A stretch of 64,000 bases of DNA from assembly GCA_023409535.1 (NCBI GenBank), contig JAEYGZ010000027.1, positions 279,178 through 343,177 on the forward strand, in the 5' to 3' direction. Shown in pieces: positions 1 through 10,331 of the stretch. Both the position numbers and the translations under genes were made by a program. Every line of letters starts with the position of its first letter. The stretch's first letter is position 1. This stretch comes from Bacillota bacterium (GTDB lineage: Bacteria; Bacillota; Clostridia; Lachnospirales; Lachnospiraceae). The notes under the pieces are model-generated. The model made no database searches. It was not told where the DNA came from and worked only from the letters and a program-made list of their open reading frames with translations.

Positions 1-588
1 AACTACGATGTAACAATCTTCTTCCTCAAGATCAATTTCAACCTGAATATTTTTTTGTTTGAATTCATTATAATATGCGACGGCAGCGTCCCGAAGCATA
101 CCCTGAACGGGGATTGCCTCCAGAAGTAAGGGGTAATTATCAGTTTCAATTCTTGAGATTTCATAAAAATCCTGGATAAAGGATTGCAATATTTTTGCAC
201 GTTTCTGAATGATATCAAGATATTCTGTCCGTTCCTCCGGCTTCGTCTCTTCATCCTTCATAAGCTCGATATATCCCAGGATAGAGGTCAGCGGGGTACG
301 AAGATCATGGGAGATATTCTCAATCTCCCGGCGGATCTGCGTCTCACGCCTTTGGTAGATAATGCGTTCCTGCTGCCTGGTGCGATAAATATCGTTGATT
401 TTCTTAAGAAGCTTTTCCAGATTCCTATGAATGGCAGCGGCCTTCAGCTGCCGATTGCTTTCCGGAGTTTGCTCTATCTCAGACATCTGACGGGCGGCAG
501 ATTCAATGGCTTTGTGAAAGGAATAGAGGCAGGCACATAGGATCAGGACCAGCAATATTAAAATGATGATACCTATAGATATCTGCAA
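1..588 (-). CDS. Sensor histidine kinase, 5' part (runs off window start; absent from ORF track)
   Basis: Minus-strand open frame from TTG at 588 (GGAGGT RBS upstream). N-terminal TM IGIIILILLVLILCACLY, then HisKA motif ISHDLRTPLTSILGYIEL. Confidence 0.9.
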   Translation of the reverse strand, partial: MQISIGIIILILLVLILCACLYSFHKAIESAARQMSEIEQTPESNRQLKAAAIHRNLEKLLKKINDIYRTRQQERIIYQRRETQIRREIENISHDLRTPLTSILGYIELMKDEETKPEERTEYLDIIQKRAKILQSFIQDFYEISRIETDNYPLLLEAIPVQGMLRDAAVAYYNEFKQKNIQVEIDLEEEDCYIVV

Positions 589-612
589 AGGATGCCCACC
601 TCCGGTGTTATA

Positions 613-1392
613 TTATTTGATTTCTTTTCTTCCGAATACGATATAACCGATTGCGATAAACACAACGGTCCATAACAGTCCATACAGCCAGTAATTAATA
701 TATCCCGCATTGCCTTCCCAGGGAAGCAGCAGTTTAAAATTCTCATCATCATAACCGATGGCCCGTATCATATTATAGGGTAATATTTTGTAAAGCTTAT
801 AAAAAATCTCGAATTTCATACCGAGGTAACCGGTAATGAGCGGGAATACGACGGTTGTAACTATGATTGAAGTAATCGCACTCATGGTGTTTTCCACAAT
901 AAACAGGAAGCAATGAGCAGCAGCCAAAGCACTGATCAGGAGAGGCAGAGCCGCAAGGAAGGATCTGAAGAACAACACCAGGGCATCTGCCCCGGAATTC
1001 TCAAGCAGAAGGTACGCGCTTCCGACATACAGTCCTATGATAATTATAAATACAAGAAAAGCATAAGTCATCACAATGATATATTTTCCCAAGTAAATGC
1101 TTCCCCGGGTGATGCCGTAGGAGATGCTGTTTTTCATGGTATGGTTGGAGTGTTCGTTGCCGAAGACGATGGACGCAACCAGGGCACATAAGACAAATAA
1201 AACCGCCCAGCCTGCGTATAACAGAGTGATCGCAAAGTCTGTGGTTGCATAACGAAAGGACGGATCCGAATGTCCCACAGCTGCAAGTACCACATTCACA
1301 CTGATCAATAATATGGAACAAATGGCAAGGAATAAGTAGCCTCCCAGAGTGTGGAACAGCCGGTATAATTCGCTTTTAATATAATTAGTCAT
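613..1392 (-). CDS. ABC-2 type transporter permease (antimicrobial-peptide-exporter-like)
   Basis: About 6 TM segments; MTNYIKSELYRL start and EHSNHTMKNSISYGITRGSIYLGK motif; overlaps the ATPase gene. Confidence 0.85.
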   Translation of the reverse strand: MTNYIKSELYRLFHTLGGYLFLAICSILLISVNVVLAAVGHSDPSFRYATTDFAITLLYAGWAVLFVLCALVASIVFGNEHSNHTMKNSISYGITRGSIYLGKYIIVMTYAFLVFIIIIGLYVGSAYLLLENSGADALVLFFRSFLAALPLLISALAAAHCFLFIVENTMSAITSIIVTTVVFPLITGYLGMKFEIFYKLYKILPYNMIRAIGYDDENFKLLLPWEGNAGYINYWLYGLLWTVVFIAIGYIVFGRKEIK

Positions 1393-2308
1393 TGCTTTCC
1401 CCTCCTACTAATTGAATGAAGTAATTTTCCAGATTTATTTCCTTAACCGTAACAGAGTGGAGGGCAATACCGTTTGTTACAGCCAATTCACTGATTTTAA
1501 ACGGCTGATCCAGATAATCAAATATATGAATGGAATAATCAGGATTGATCTTATAATTGATGCAGCCAAGCTTTGTCTCCAGAAGGGCCGCCATTACATC
1601 AGGTTTATCAATCTTCAGTTCGATATATCGTCCGCATTCCTTAGACAGCTCCTCACCGGAAAGCTGCTTCACCAGGGTACCCTTATCAATAAAGCCGTAG
1701 TTGGTAACTAAGCTGGAAAGCTCGGACAGAATATGGCTGGAGATTAATATGGTGATTTTCTTTTCCTGGTTTAAACGGATCAACAGATTTCTGATTTCAA
1801 CGATACCAAAGGGATCCAAACCATTGATGGGTTCATCCAGAAGCAGCAGCTCCGGCCTGTTCATCAATGCCAGGGCCAGTCCCAGGCGCTGCTTCATACC
1901 TAAGGAAAAGCTTTTATATTTTTTCTTGCCGGTGTTGTTAAGAGCAACTTCCTCCAAAGCTTCCTCAACACAATCCGCTCCCGGAATTCCCCGTTGAATG
2001 CGATAATATTCCAGATTTTGTTCTGCGGTCAGGTTGGCATAGAAGCTGGGTGTCTCAATGATGGAACCGATTCGTCTTCTTCCCTGGTTTAAACCCGCCT
2101 GAGAGGCTTGATTAAATAAAGCGATTTCACCCTCTGTAGTAAAGGCCTGCCCTGTGATCAACCGAAGCAGAGTGGTTTTACCTGCTCCGTTCTTTCCTAC
2201 CAGACCGTAGATTTCCCCTTGCTTTACCTCAAGGCTGATATTGCTTAAAGCGGCAGTACTGCCGTATTTTTTTGTAAGATTTCTTGTAGATAATATAATT
2301 TCCCGCAC
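1385..2308 (-). CDS. ABC transporter ATP-binding protein (BcrA-like)
   Basis: Walker A GKNGAGKT, signature FSLGMKQRLGLA, Walker B LLLLDEPINGLD, SSH switch. Confidence 0.93.
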   Translation of the reverse strand: MREIILSTRNLTKKYGSTAALSNISLEVKQGEIYGLVGKNGAGKTTLLRLITGQAFTTEGEIALFNQASQAGLNQGRRRIGSIIETPSFYANLTAEQNLEYYRIQRGIPGADCVEEALEEVALNNTGKKKYKSFSLGMKQRLGLALALMNRPELLLLDEPINGLDPFGIVEIRNLLIRLNQEKKITILISSHILSELSSLVTNYGFIDKGTLVKQLSGEELSKECGRYIELKIDKPDVMAALLETKLGCINYKINPDYSIHIFDYLDQPFKISELAVTNGIALHSVTVKEINLENYFIQLVGGESND

Positions 2309-2355
2309 TTTATAACTCCTTTCGTACCACTTATTATATACCGGGTATAAACGAT

Positions 2356-2397
2356 ATTATAATGGGGGAGGTTTAATAAATACTTAACAAAGTTTAA
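2356..2397 (-). promoter_or_regulatory. Promoter with tandem OmpR-type boxes
   Basis: Minus strand TTAAA/TTAAG/TTAAA at 10-11 bp period, the last exactly 10 nt before TATAAT (2356-2361). Confidence 0.6.
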
Positions 2398-2433
2398 AGA
2401 AAGAATAAAGATGCATGACCTGCGATGTATTCT

Positions 2434-3129
2434 TTAATTTGTATCCAGCTTGAAGCCGATGCTCCATACGGTTTTAATATAGGAATCGTCGTCATACTCC
2501 TTGACTTTTTTTCTGAGATTGCTGTCATGGACATTGATGGTGTTATCCTCACCGTAATAGCCGGCTTTCCAGATATCCTGATAAAGCATCTCCTTGGTGA
2601 ATACCTTTTCGGGATGCTGCAGCAGCAGGAGCAGGATATCGAATTCATATGCGGTCAGTGAAACCGGGTTTCCCTTAACGAATACTTCCCTGGCTTGAGG
2701 ATTGAGAACCAACTGCTTAAAGGCATAATTTTTATTCTCTCCGGTATCCTGATGAGCGGTGCTTGTCCGGCTTCTTCTCAGCAGAGCGCCGACTCTTGCC
2801 AGAATCTCATCACGCTCAAAGGGCTTTATAATATAGTCATCCGCACCGTTCTTTAATGCATTCACTTTGTCCTCCAATGCCGTCTTTGCTGAGATGATGA
2901 TAATGGGAAGCTGAGAGACAGTCCGGATTTCTTTTATTAATTCTTCCCCGGAGATGCCCGGCAGCATTAAATCGAGCATGACCAGATCAAAATGCTCCAG
3001 CTTTAGCTGTAATCTGGCTTCCGTACCGGAAAAAGCGGCAATTGCCTGATAGGCTTCTCTTTCCAGATATTTGCACAATATTCTATTGATGTCAGCATCG
3101 TCTTCGATTACCAGAATTTTTTCCTGCAT
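2434..3129 (-). CDS. OmpR-family response regulator
   Basis: Likely start MQEKILVIEDD at 3129; LDLMLPG, GADDYIIKPF, winged helix ending IKTVWSIGFK. Confidence 0.93.
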   Translation of the reverse strand: MQEKILVIEDDADINRILCKYLEREAYQAIAAFSGTEARLQLKLEHFDLVMLDLMLPGISGEELIKEIRTVSQLPIIIISAKTALEDKVNALKNGADDYIIKPFERDEILARVGALLRRSRTSTAHQDTGENKNYAFKQLVLNPQAREVFVKGNPVSLTAYEFDILLLLLQHPEKVFTKEMLYQDIWKAGYYGEDNTINVHDSNLRKKVKEYDDDSYIKTVWSIGFKLDTN

Positions 3130-3299
3130 ATTGGGTCCCCTGTATTGTTTTACATTATTTAACGAATTATAGCACAAGACATCTTCAAAAACAATGAAGA
3201 CCTGAAAGTGAGGGGTATTTGTACTACACTCATAGAACATTTGTATCTTCACATGTAATAAATAGGAAATTTTTCCTATAGAGTTTTGCACGGATTCCT

Positions 3300-3328
3300 G
3301 CATGTTATCGCGTGTTACAGCATATATA
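3300..3328 (+). promoter_or_regulatory. Putative sigma-E (mother-cell sporulation) promoter
   Basis: GCATGTT-N14-CATATATA upstream of the 3391 gene. Confidence 0.4.
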
Positions 3329-3390
3329 TATCTTATGACAACCAGTTAATAACCTTCATAATTTATTAATAATTCAGGAGGAAGTACATA

Positions 3391-5460
3391 ATGAAGAAGA
3401 TAATCAGCATTTTTTTGATTGTAATTCTTATACTTACCTCAGATATGGCAGCTGCATCTGCCGCAATGTACAATCAGGGAAAGCATTCAGCGAATAAGAA
3501 TTCAAGCTGGGACTATGATTGGGGAAACAACTGGAATACCGGATGGAATACAAATGAAAATAACAATGAGAACAATAATGGCAGTAATAAAAATAACAAT
3601 AGGGGAAATGACTGGGATAATTGGGGGTATGACTGGAGTAAATGGGGATATAACTGGGGTTACAACTGGTGGGGAGGCACTACCTGCAGCTACAATATAA
3701 GTAAGTCGCCCACCATCAAATACGGTAGTTATAAGATTCCCACTTCTCCTTTCACCGACGGAATGGGAGCCAGTACCAAATACGATAAAAAGAAGAAGAT
3801 ATTTACCGTCAGCCGCGGAAATATTGCCATCGACATATACTTAAAAGATAAGAAGGTGTATGTAAACGGTGCTCCCGATCCTTATTCGGGCATTTTTACA
3901 GCAAAGGACAGTATGAAATCAAAGGCATTGATCACCTATATCGCTAACATCCTTGGAGTGCAGATCATCTTTAAGGAGGATGAGGTTACGGTTGTGACTC
4001 CCGGACTTGATGTGCCTGCAGAATTGAATGTCACTGCCGTAGGAGGCTCCGTAATAAAAAATACACTCAACAGTACGAACCTTTCTCTGAAAGCCTCGGC
4101 CAGGATCAAAGCGGGTCAGGCAGCAGGCGGCAGAGCCGAGCTGTATGTAGGCTCAAAATTGGTTGCCACGGATTATTCCATCTCATCAACAGATAAGACA
4201 GTAGAGTTTACAACTTCGGATAATTCGCCGACGAACAGCGAACTGAAGGCGGCCGTACCTACCGGCGGTATCGTAACGGTACGGCTCTATAATATATACA
4301 ATAATGTCGCAGCCTCCACAGCAAATCCTAATCTGGCGGTAGATTACAATCCGCCTACCATAGCCTTTGGCAGTTCAAATAATGCTGCTAATTATAATGC
4401 GGCAAACGGTAAGCTCTATATCAGTGTTGCCGGTGCAGGAGTCATCGGAGATAAGGTGGATGTAACCAAGCTTACCTTCTATAATTCTTCAAATAATAAA
4501 TATACCCTGACAAGCAATGCCGGATCAGCCTCCAGCGGCGTGGTTACCGGCACAACCTCACTGGAGGTTACGGTCAGCCCGATTGATCAATATTTTATTG
4601 CCAGCCTGGGGAATATCTCCTCTCTTTATCTGCTGATTGCGGGATCAGTGCTGTATGATACTGCAGGTAACAGGTCTCAGGAGAATATAACACAGATGAT
4701 TCCTGTGAATCAGTCTTCTGCGACACCTGTGCCGTCTGTACTGAGTGCACCTGCCAATGTAACGGTTATTCCTTCCGGCGGTACGGTGGTTGCGAATACC
4801 TTGAATAAAACCAATCTATCCATGACGGTAACCGCACAGATTACAGCGGGCCAGGCAGCCGGAGGCCGAGCGGAATTATATATTGATAATCGAATAACCG
4901 CCGTGGACCCGTATATAGAAGCAGGCGACTCCTTTGTAACATTTACGGTTCCGGACGGTGCCGCCTCCGGTGACAGGCTGCAGGCAGCAGTTCCCGCAGG
5001 AGGTATTGTGACGGTAAGGCTTTATAAGAGCGATCAAAGCTATTATGTAACAAGCGCGGTGGCTAATCCGACCCTAAAGGTGGATTATCAGGCTCCGGCT
5101 ATATCAGGAATCAGCTCTGCCGGTTATAGTGTCGATGCAGGACAGCTGTATATTGTCGCAAGCGGAGCAGAGCAGCCGGGAGATAAGGTGGATATCAGCA
5201 AAATAACACTTTATGACGCTACAGGGAAGACAGTGTATCTTGGGAATGCCTCTGGAGCCGCAGTTACCGCTATGGTTGGCAGCGGACAGATTTTATTGAT
5301 TAATCTGGGATCGCTGTATAAAGATACCCTGAAGAATTTCAACAGCACGGCATATCTGAAGATATCGGCCGGCCCTCTGTTAAGGGATACCGCCGGTAAT
5401 ACTTCCGCCGGTTTAGCGGCGGATCAGGTTGTGCCCTTAACGATTATCAAAATACAATAA
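3391..5460 (+). CDS. Secreted protein with W/N-rich low-complexity segment, copper-amine-oxidase-N-like segment and two tandem ~245-aa repeats
   Basis: Signal peptide MKKIISIFLIVILILT; AGGAGG RBS; internal duplication (AGQAAGGRAELY, AAVP.GGIVTVRLY, ANP.L.VDY, GDKVD..K.T.Y, L.DTAGN.S each occur twice). Confidence 0.8.
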   Translation: MKKIISIFLIVILILTSDMAAASAAMYNQGKHSANKNSSWDYDWGNNWNTGWNTNENNNENNNGSNKNNNRGNDWDNWGYDWSKWGYNWGYNWWGGTTCSYNISKSPTIKYGSYKIPTSPFTDGMGASTKYDKKKKIFTVSRGNIAIDIYLKDKKVYVNGAPDPYSGIFTAKDSMKSKALITYIANILGVQIIFKEDEVTVVTPGLDVPAELNVTAVGGSVIKNTLNSTNLSLKASARIKAGQAAGGRAELYVGSKLVATDYSISSTDKTVEFTTSDNSPTNSELKAAVPTGGIVTVRLYNIYNNVAASTANPNLAVDYNPPTIAFGSSNNAANYNAANGKLYISVAGAGVIGDKVDVTKLTFYNSSNNKYTLTSNAGSASSGVVTGTTSLEVTVSPIDQYFIASLGNISSLYLLIAGSVLYDTAGNRSQENITQMIPVNQSSATPVPSVLSAPANVTVIPSGGTVVANTLNKTNLSMTVTAQITAGQAAGGRAELYIDNRITAVDPYIEAGDSFVTFTVPDGAASGDRLQAAVPAGGIVTVRLYKSDQSYYVTSAVANPTLKVDYQAPAISGISSAGYSVDAGQLYIVASGAEQPGDKVDISKITLYDATGKTVYLGNASGAAVTAMVGSGQILLINLGSLYKDTLKNFNSTAYLKISAGPLLRDTAGNTSAGLAADQVVPLTIIKIQ

Positions 5461-5547
5461 TCCTTTGTATCATTCCATACCGTATAAAACTGCAGACAAA
5501 TTAATTTTTTAATTGTAGATTATGCATAAACAGAATGTTTATACAGG

Positions 5548-5577
5548 CTAAAGGCACGGGAGTTTCCGTGCCTTTAG
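5548..5577. terminator. Hairpin between convergent genes
   Basis: CTAAAGGCACGG-GAGTTT-CCGTGCCTTTAG, perfect 12-bp stem. Confidence 0.75.
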
Positions 5578-5641
5578 TAAAGCTACATTAATAAATAGGA
5601 ATTTGCCGTGCTTATGCTTGAAAGCGCAATGAATAAAATGT

Positions 5642-6688
5642 TTATTTCTTTTGTAAGCATGACAATTCTTGATCAAACCATGTTTCAATATCATCTCGCA
5701 TATCTAAAACAGAATCATCCAACGATATGGGAAGTCCGCGGCAACCGCCGTCACAATGACCGATTTCTCTTTTTCTGCCGCAGCCATATCCCTTTGCAAT
5801 CAGTTCCTGCAAAATCGGAGAAAACGTTTTGATGGTATCCGTGTATTCGTGCGTCTTTGTCGATTTCACATTGATATGATAGCCGTTGCCTAGGGAAGCG
5901 TTAATTCCCCAGAAATCTTTCCGTTTATAACAATACTTCATATAGATATGAAACCCTTTTACTTCCACAACGCAGGTAAGTCCTTTATCCAGACAGCGCT
6001 GGTGCAGCTGCAGAATGAAATCCTGCACATCTGCGGATAAAGGCTTTATCGTATCCTGCACGATGGAAAGCACATCGGTTTTCTCCTTTTTTAATACCCT
6101 GTAATCACAGCGCAAAAAAACATCCTGGTTGACGAGGGTGCCATGGTCTATTTCGGCGGTTGCCATGACCTTCAGGCCTGTCAGCATAGCGGGATGATCC
6201 GGATAGGTAATCTTTATGGTTTTGATGTCTGATAAGTTTTGCTTTTTTTCATTTATATCGATACCGTCAATGCAGATACCGCAATCCGCCAGAAACCGCA
6301 GGCATTCAAGGTTTTTACTAACAGACAGCTTTCCATTGAATACGGTATTTCCAAAGGTGAGAGATTGCGCGTTTTCAACTGGCATGCCATGATAACCTAT
6401 GTTCATTAGTAGGGTGCTTACATTGTGCAGGAACGGATAATACACCGAAAGCGTGGTACGGTTTTCATATTCATGGGCAGCTTTTTTGCTATTATCATAG
6501 AAATCGCCTTTGGTGTATAAAATATCGTAAAGCCGAACCAAAAAGGCTCTGAATGCCAGAACGCCCTCACGTATGCTCTCTTCAACTGAAACATTTGTAT
6601 ATGCGGGATTGATCGCATATGCTTCGTGGGTTTCGGGCACCATGATTTCCTTCAAATAGCTTGCCACATCCTGAAGCGTTTTTCTCAT
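5642..6688 (-). CDS. Hypothetical protein with C-terminal Cys cluster
   Basis: GAGGTGG RBS before MRKTLQ at 6688; 348 aa; C-terminal GYGCGRKREIGHCDGGCRG. Confidence 0.75.
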   Translation of the reverse strand: MRKTLQDVASYLKEIMVPETHEAYAINPAYTNVSVEESIREGVLAFRAFLVRLYDILYTKGDFYDNSKKAAHEYENRTTLSVYYPFLHNVSTLLMNIGYHGMPVENAQSLTFGNTVFNGKLSVSKNLECLRFLADCGICIDGIDINEKKQNLSDIKTIKITYPDHPAMLTGLKVMATAEIDHGTLVNQDVFLRCDYRVLKKEKTDVLSIVQDTIKPLSADVQDFILQLHQRCLDKGLTCVVEVKGFHIYMKYCYKRKDFWGINASLGNGYHINVKSTKTHEYTDTIKTFSPILQELIAKGYGCGRKREIGHCDGGCRGLPISLDDSVLDMRDDIETWFDQELSCLQKK

Positions 6689-6881
6689 ATGTTCCACCTC
6701 TTGTAATTTACTTTGCCTTATATTTCTAAAACTAATTTGCAAATTCGGATTTATTAAAGAATACCATAAGCAAGGATAAAAATATAGCATTGATTATTTA
6801 ACCCCATATAGTTATGTGCTTCTTTTAATAATTTGCTTTGTCTGCAGTCTAAAATCCGGCTTTCCTGCCGGCATTTTTCTG

Positions 6882-7697
6882 TTATAAAAAGGTATTTTTT
6901 CTAAATTCGCTTGGAGTTACAGATAACACCCGCTTGAAGATTTTGCAAAAATACATTGAGGAATTGAAACCGCAGGCAGCTCCGATATCTGAAATAGTTC
7001 GATTTGTTCTTATGAGCAGGGAACAGGCATTTTGGATTCGGATTTTATTAAGATACTGTATCAATGTAATGCCGGTTGACTCTTTAAAAATATGGCACAA
7101 ATAGAACTTGGAGATATAAAACTGATTTGAGATATCTTCAATATTGTTTATCTTGCTATAATTTTGATTAATATAGGACAGAATCGGCGAAAGGTTTTTT
7201 AATACCGAAGGTACATGATCTGACGTAAAAGAATTTCTGTTATCATTTAATATATTTAAAATATCTGCCAGATAAATAAATATACGATTATTGGGGTTGT
7301 TTACATCTTCCTTTTCCAATAAAAGCATTATTTTTTTCACCTTTGGAAAGATTTCTTTATTTAGCGTGATGAGCTCTGTTTCAAAGCAGCGTAATAATGA
7401 GCTGATCGCCGGATCGGTAAAATATAAATGTAAAAAACGATCTGTAAAATAAATGCAGGTTCTGATACAGCCCTTCCGTCTTATGCTTTTATGGAAGGTA
7501 TTCGGTCTGTATAATAGAACGTCATAGGCAGCAACATCAAGGATAGAATCATTTACCAATACATTGTGGTATCCTTGCTCAAGAAAATATAATTCGTACG
7601 CAGTATGATAATGGTAATTCGTCATATCTTCTCCGGAAGTATGCTCAAAATATTCTATTAAAAAAAGCGGATGGATATTATTTAAATCTGCGTTCAT
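6882..7697 (-). CDS. AraC-family transcriptional regulator
   Basis: Cupin-like HYHTAYELYF; C-terminal HTH ...CGFNSSMYFCKIFKRVLSVTPSEFRK; divergent from GH2. Confidence 0.9.
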   Translation of the reverse strand: MNADLNNIHPLFLIEYFEHTSGEDMTNYHYHTAYELYFLEQGYHNVLVNDSILDVAAYDVLLYRPNTFHKSIRRKGCIRTCIYFTDRFLHLYFTDPAISSLLRCFETELITLNKEIFPKVKKIMLLLEKEDVNNPNNRIFIYLADILNILNDNRNSFTSDHVPSVLKNLSPILSYINQNYSKINNIEDISNQFYISKFYLCHIFKESTGITLIQYLNKIRIQNACSLLIRTNRTISDIGAACGFNSSMYFCKIFKRVLSVTPSEFRKNTFL

Positions 7698-7904
7698 ATT
7701 CTTCTCCATTCCTGCATATGTTTTTGCGCATTTTAGTCTTATGCTAAGGATTATGCAGGCACAAACTTTATGAGGGAACAATTTGAAAAATCATTTCTCT
7801 TTCCCCCTTCATGATAGCAATATTATACAATGAAGCGCAATAAATAACAATAAAGTAAAAGATTATTGTTATCATTTTTTGTATAATTGATTCAGGAGGA
7901 AATT

Positions 7905-10208
7905 ATGAGCAGGATTGAGACAAAATTGATGGATGGTTGGGAATTTACATTAATGGAGCCGGAGGACCAAAACTTTACTCCGGTAACCCTTCCCCATGAC
8001 TGGGTAATCAAGGTTCCGGTCAACATAGAAGCAGAGCAGGGGGAAGCACAGGGCTTCAGAGATCGCTGGGGCATCGGCTGGTATAGAAGGAAGCTGATCC
8101 TAAATGAACTGGAGGAGGATACTGCATATCAGCTGGAATTTGACGGGATCTATGAAAATAGTACGGTTTGGATTAATAACAGGGAGGCGGGAGGCCAAAA
8201 ATACGGCTATTCCAGATTTACCCTGGATATTACCGGATTTTTGCGTGAGGGAGAGAATCAGATCCTGGTTAAGGCAGACAATACAACATTTCCGGCAGAC
8301 AGATGGTATTCCGGCGGAGGAATATATCGTACAGTGAAGCTGATCCGGAGGAATAAGCGGCATCTAAATCCGGAGGATATCCGGGTAAAAACAGAAGTAA
8401 GGGGTGATACGGGGGTTGTAACCGTAATAACAGGTATGACAGATCCGGTAAGAGCAGCAATATCAGCAGGAAACGCTTGCTTTACAGGAAAATCGGAAAA
8501 GGGGGTGATCCGTATTGCAATACCAGGGGTGCAGCTTTGGAGTCCGGAACAGCCCAATCTGTACCACTTGGAATTATCCCTTATGGATGGTGATACTATC
8601 GTTGATTCCTATACATTTAAAATCGGTGTCAGAGAAATCATAATGGCAGCCAATGAGGGAATGTATCTCAACGGCAGGAAGATAAAAATTAAGGGGCTGT
8701 GTATTCATCAGGACGCAGGATGCCTTGGGATTGCAGTAACACCGGAAGTTTGGAGGGACAAACTTCTTATGCTGAAAAAAATCGGCTGTAATGCAGTCCG
8801 TGCGGCACATCACATCTATGCCTCCGAGTTCCTGGAGCTCTGTGATGAATTAGGGCTATTGGTCTATGAGGAACCGTTCGATAAATGGACCGGCGGAGCA
8901 TATGGCAGGTATTTTCAGACGGAGTGGAAGAAGGACCTGGAATGCATGGTCAAGAGGGATCGGAATCATCCCTGCATTTTTATCTGGGGCGTGGGAAATG
9001 AGGTTGAGAACCAAGGCCAGGAATCAATGCTGAGGATTTTAAGAATGCTTAAGGAACATTTGTTAACACTTGACGATACCAGACCGGTTTCCTATGCAAT
9101 GAATCCCCATTTTAAATATGAGAGCGATATTGACGTCTCCCAAATCAGGGACATCCAGGAATTTGTAGATGCAGTGGATGACAGAGAGATACATAGTATT
9201 GCAGAAAGAGTAAAGCGCATACAAAAAATTGCAGAGATTGTGGATGTAATATCCTGCAATTATCAGGAGCAGTGGTATGAGGACATTCACCGGGCTATTC
9301 CGGATAAGCTTATCCTCGGAACGGAAACCTACCAATTCTTCCGTGGATATTCGGAGAAGTTTCAGAATTTCAGTGATGAAAATCCATGGATGGATGTTGA
9401 GAAGTATGAGTATGTCATAGGCGGAATGCTGTGGACCGGTATCGATTACCTGGGAGAATCCATGGGATATCCGGCAAAAGGGTGGTCGGGCTCCTTATTC
9501 TATACCAATAATGAACGTAAGCCTATGTCCTATTTGTACCAAAGCTATTGGTCGGAGGAACCCATGGTGTACTTTGCGGCTATGGATTACTCTCTTCAGG
9601 ATGAAATGGTAAAGGAACACTGGGACGCACCCAGGTATGCATGTCATTGGAGCTTTCCGCAGCTGAATAAAAGCGTTGTGCCCTATATGATAGCCACCAA
9701 TTGTGAAGAAGTAACAATTCAATTGAATGATAAACAGTTTCATGTAAATAAGCCTTCTGCATATCCAAACCGGATGATTACCGGATATCTTCCTTATCTG
9801 CCCGGACAGGTGACAATCCGAGGCTTTAACAATGGAGCGGAGGTTTGCTCCTGTACCGTAAAAACTGCCGAACAGGCGGTCAGACTTGGATTTGATCAGG
9901 AGGAAATCCAAGCAGCGGCAGGGAACGGATTTCATAAGCTATTTACCGTTCGAGCCCTGGATAAGAATGAGACAACGGTATTCAGGGAAAGTGCGAAGGT
10001 GATTTTTCATGTAACCGGACCTGCGGAAATAGCGGGTGTGGACAACGGAGACCTTTGCTCCAACGAGGCCTATCATGATTGCTATATGCATATGTACCAT
10101 GGATGTGTCAGTACAATGCTGCATTTTACAGGGGATAAGGGCAGAGTTGTATTGACCGCACATGCGGATGGATTGCGCGAGGCCGGATTAGTGATTAATA
10201 TTATTTAG
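7905..10208 (+). CDS. Glycoside hydrolase family 2 (beta-galactosidase-like)
   Basis: RWYSGGGIYR, GCNAVRAAH, RDRNHPCIFIWGVGNE (acid/base), ILGTE (nucleophile), WTGIDYLGE; AGGAGG RBS before ATG 7905. Confidence 0.92.
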   Translation: MSRIETKLMDGWEFTLMEPEDQNFTPVTLPHDWVIKVPVNIEAEQGEAQGFRDRWGIGWYRRKLILNELEEDTAYQLEFDGIYENSTVWINNREAGGQKYGYSRFTLDITGFLREGENQILVKADNTTFPADRWYSGGGIYRTVKLIRRNKRHLNPEDIRVKTEVRGDTGVVTVITGMTDPVRAAISAGNACFTGKSEKGVIRIAIPGVQLWSPEQPNLYHLELSLMDGDTIVDSYTFKIGVREIIMAANEGMYLNGRKIKIKGLCIHQDAGCLGIAVTPEVWRDKLLMLKKIGCNAVRAAHHIYASEFLELCDELGLLVYEEPFDKWTGGAYGRYFQTEWKKDLECMVKRDRNHPCIFIWGVGNEVENQGQESMLRILRMLKEHLLTLDDTRPVSYAMNPHFKYESDIDVSQIRDIQEFVDAVDDREIHSIAERVKRIQKIAEIVDVISCNYQEQWYEDIHRAIPDKLILGTETYQFFRGYSEKFQNFSDENPWMDVEKYEYVIGGMLWTGIDYLGESMGYPAKGWSGSLFYTNNERKPMSYLYQSYWSEEPMVYFAAMDYSLQDEMVKEHWDAPRYACHWSFPQLNKSVVPYMIATNCEEVTIQLNDKQFHVNKPSAYPNRMITGYLPYLPGQVTIRGFNNGAEVCSCTVKTAEQAVRLGFDQEEIQAAAGNGFHKLFTVRALDKNETTVFRESAKVIFHVTGPAEIAGVDNGDLCSNEAYHDCYMHMYHGCVSTMLHFTGDKGRVVLTAHADGLREAGLVINII

Positions 10209-10331
10209 TGACTATTCAAGCAGCTGCTGTATGAAGGCAGGAATAGAATGGAAATTACAAGAGTTATCATATAAAAATTATTATTTCAGATACCGGAGAA
10301 TGAAGAAGCAGAAAGAATGAAATGAGGAAAT

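Noticed and set aside
184..540. 118-aa plus-strand ORF (and the many other short antisense or out-of-frame ORFs in the track)
   Set aside because: They are shadows of well-supported genes; this one lies opposite the histidine kinase.
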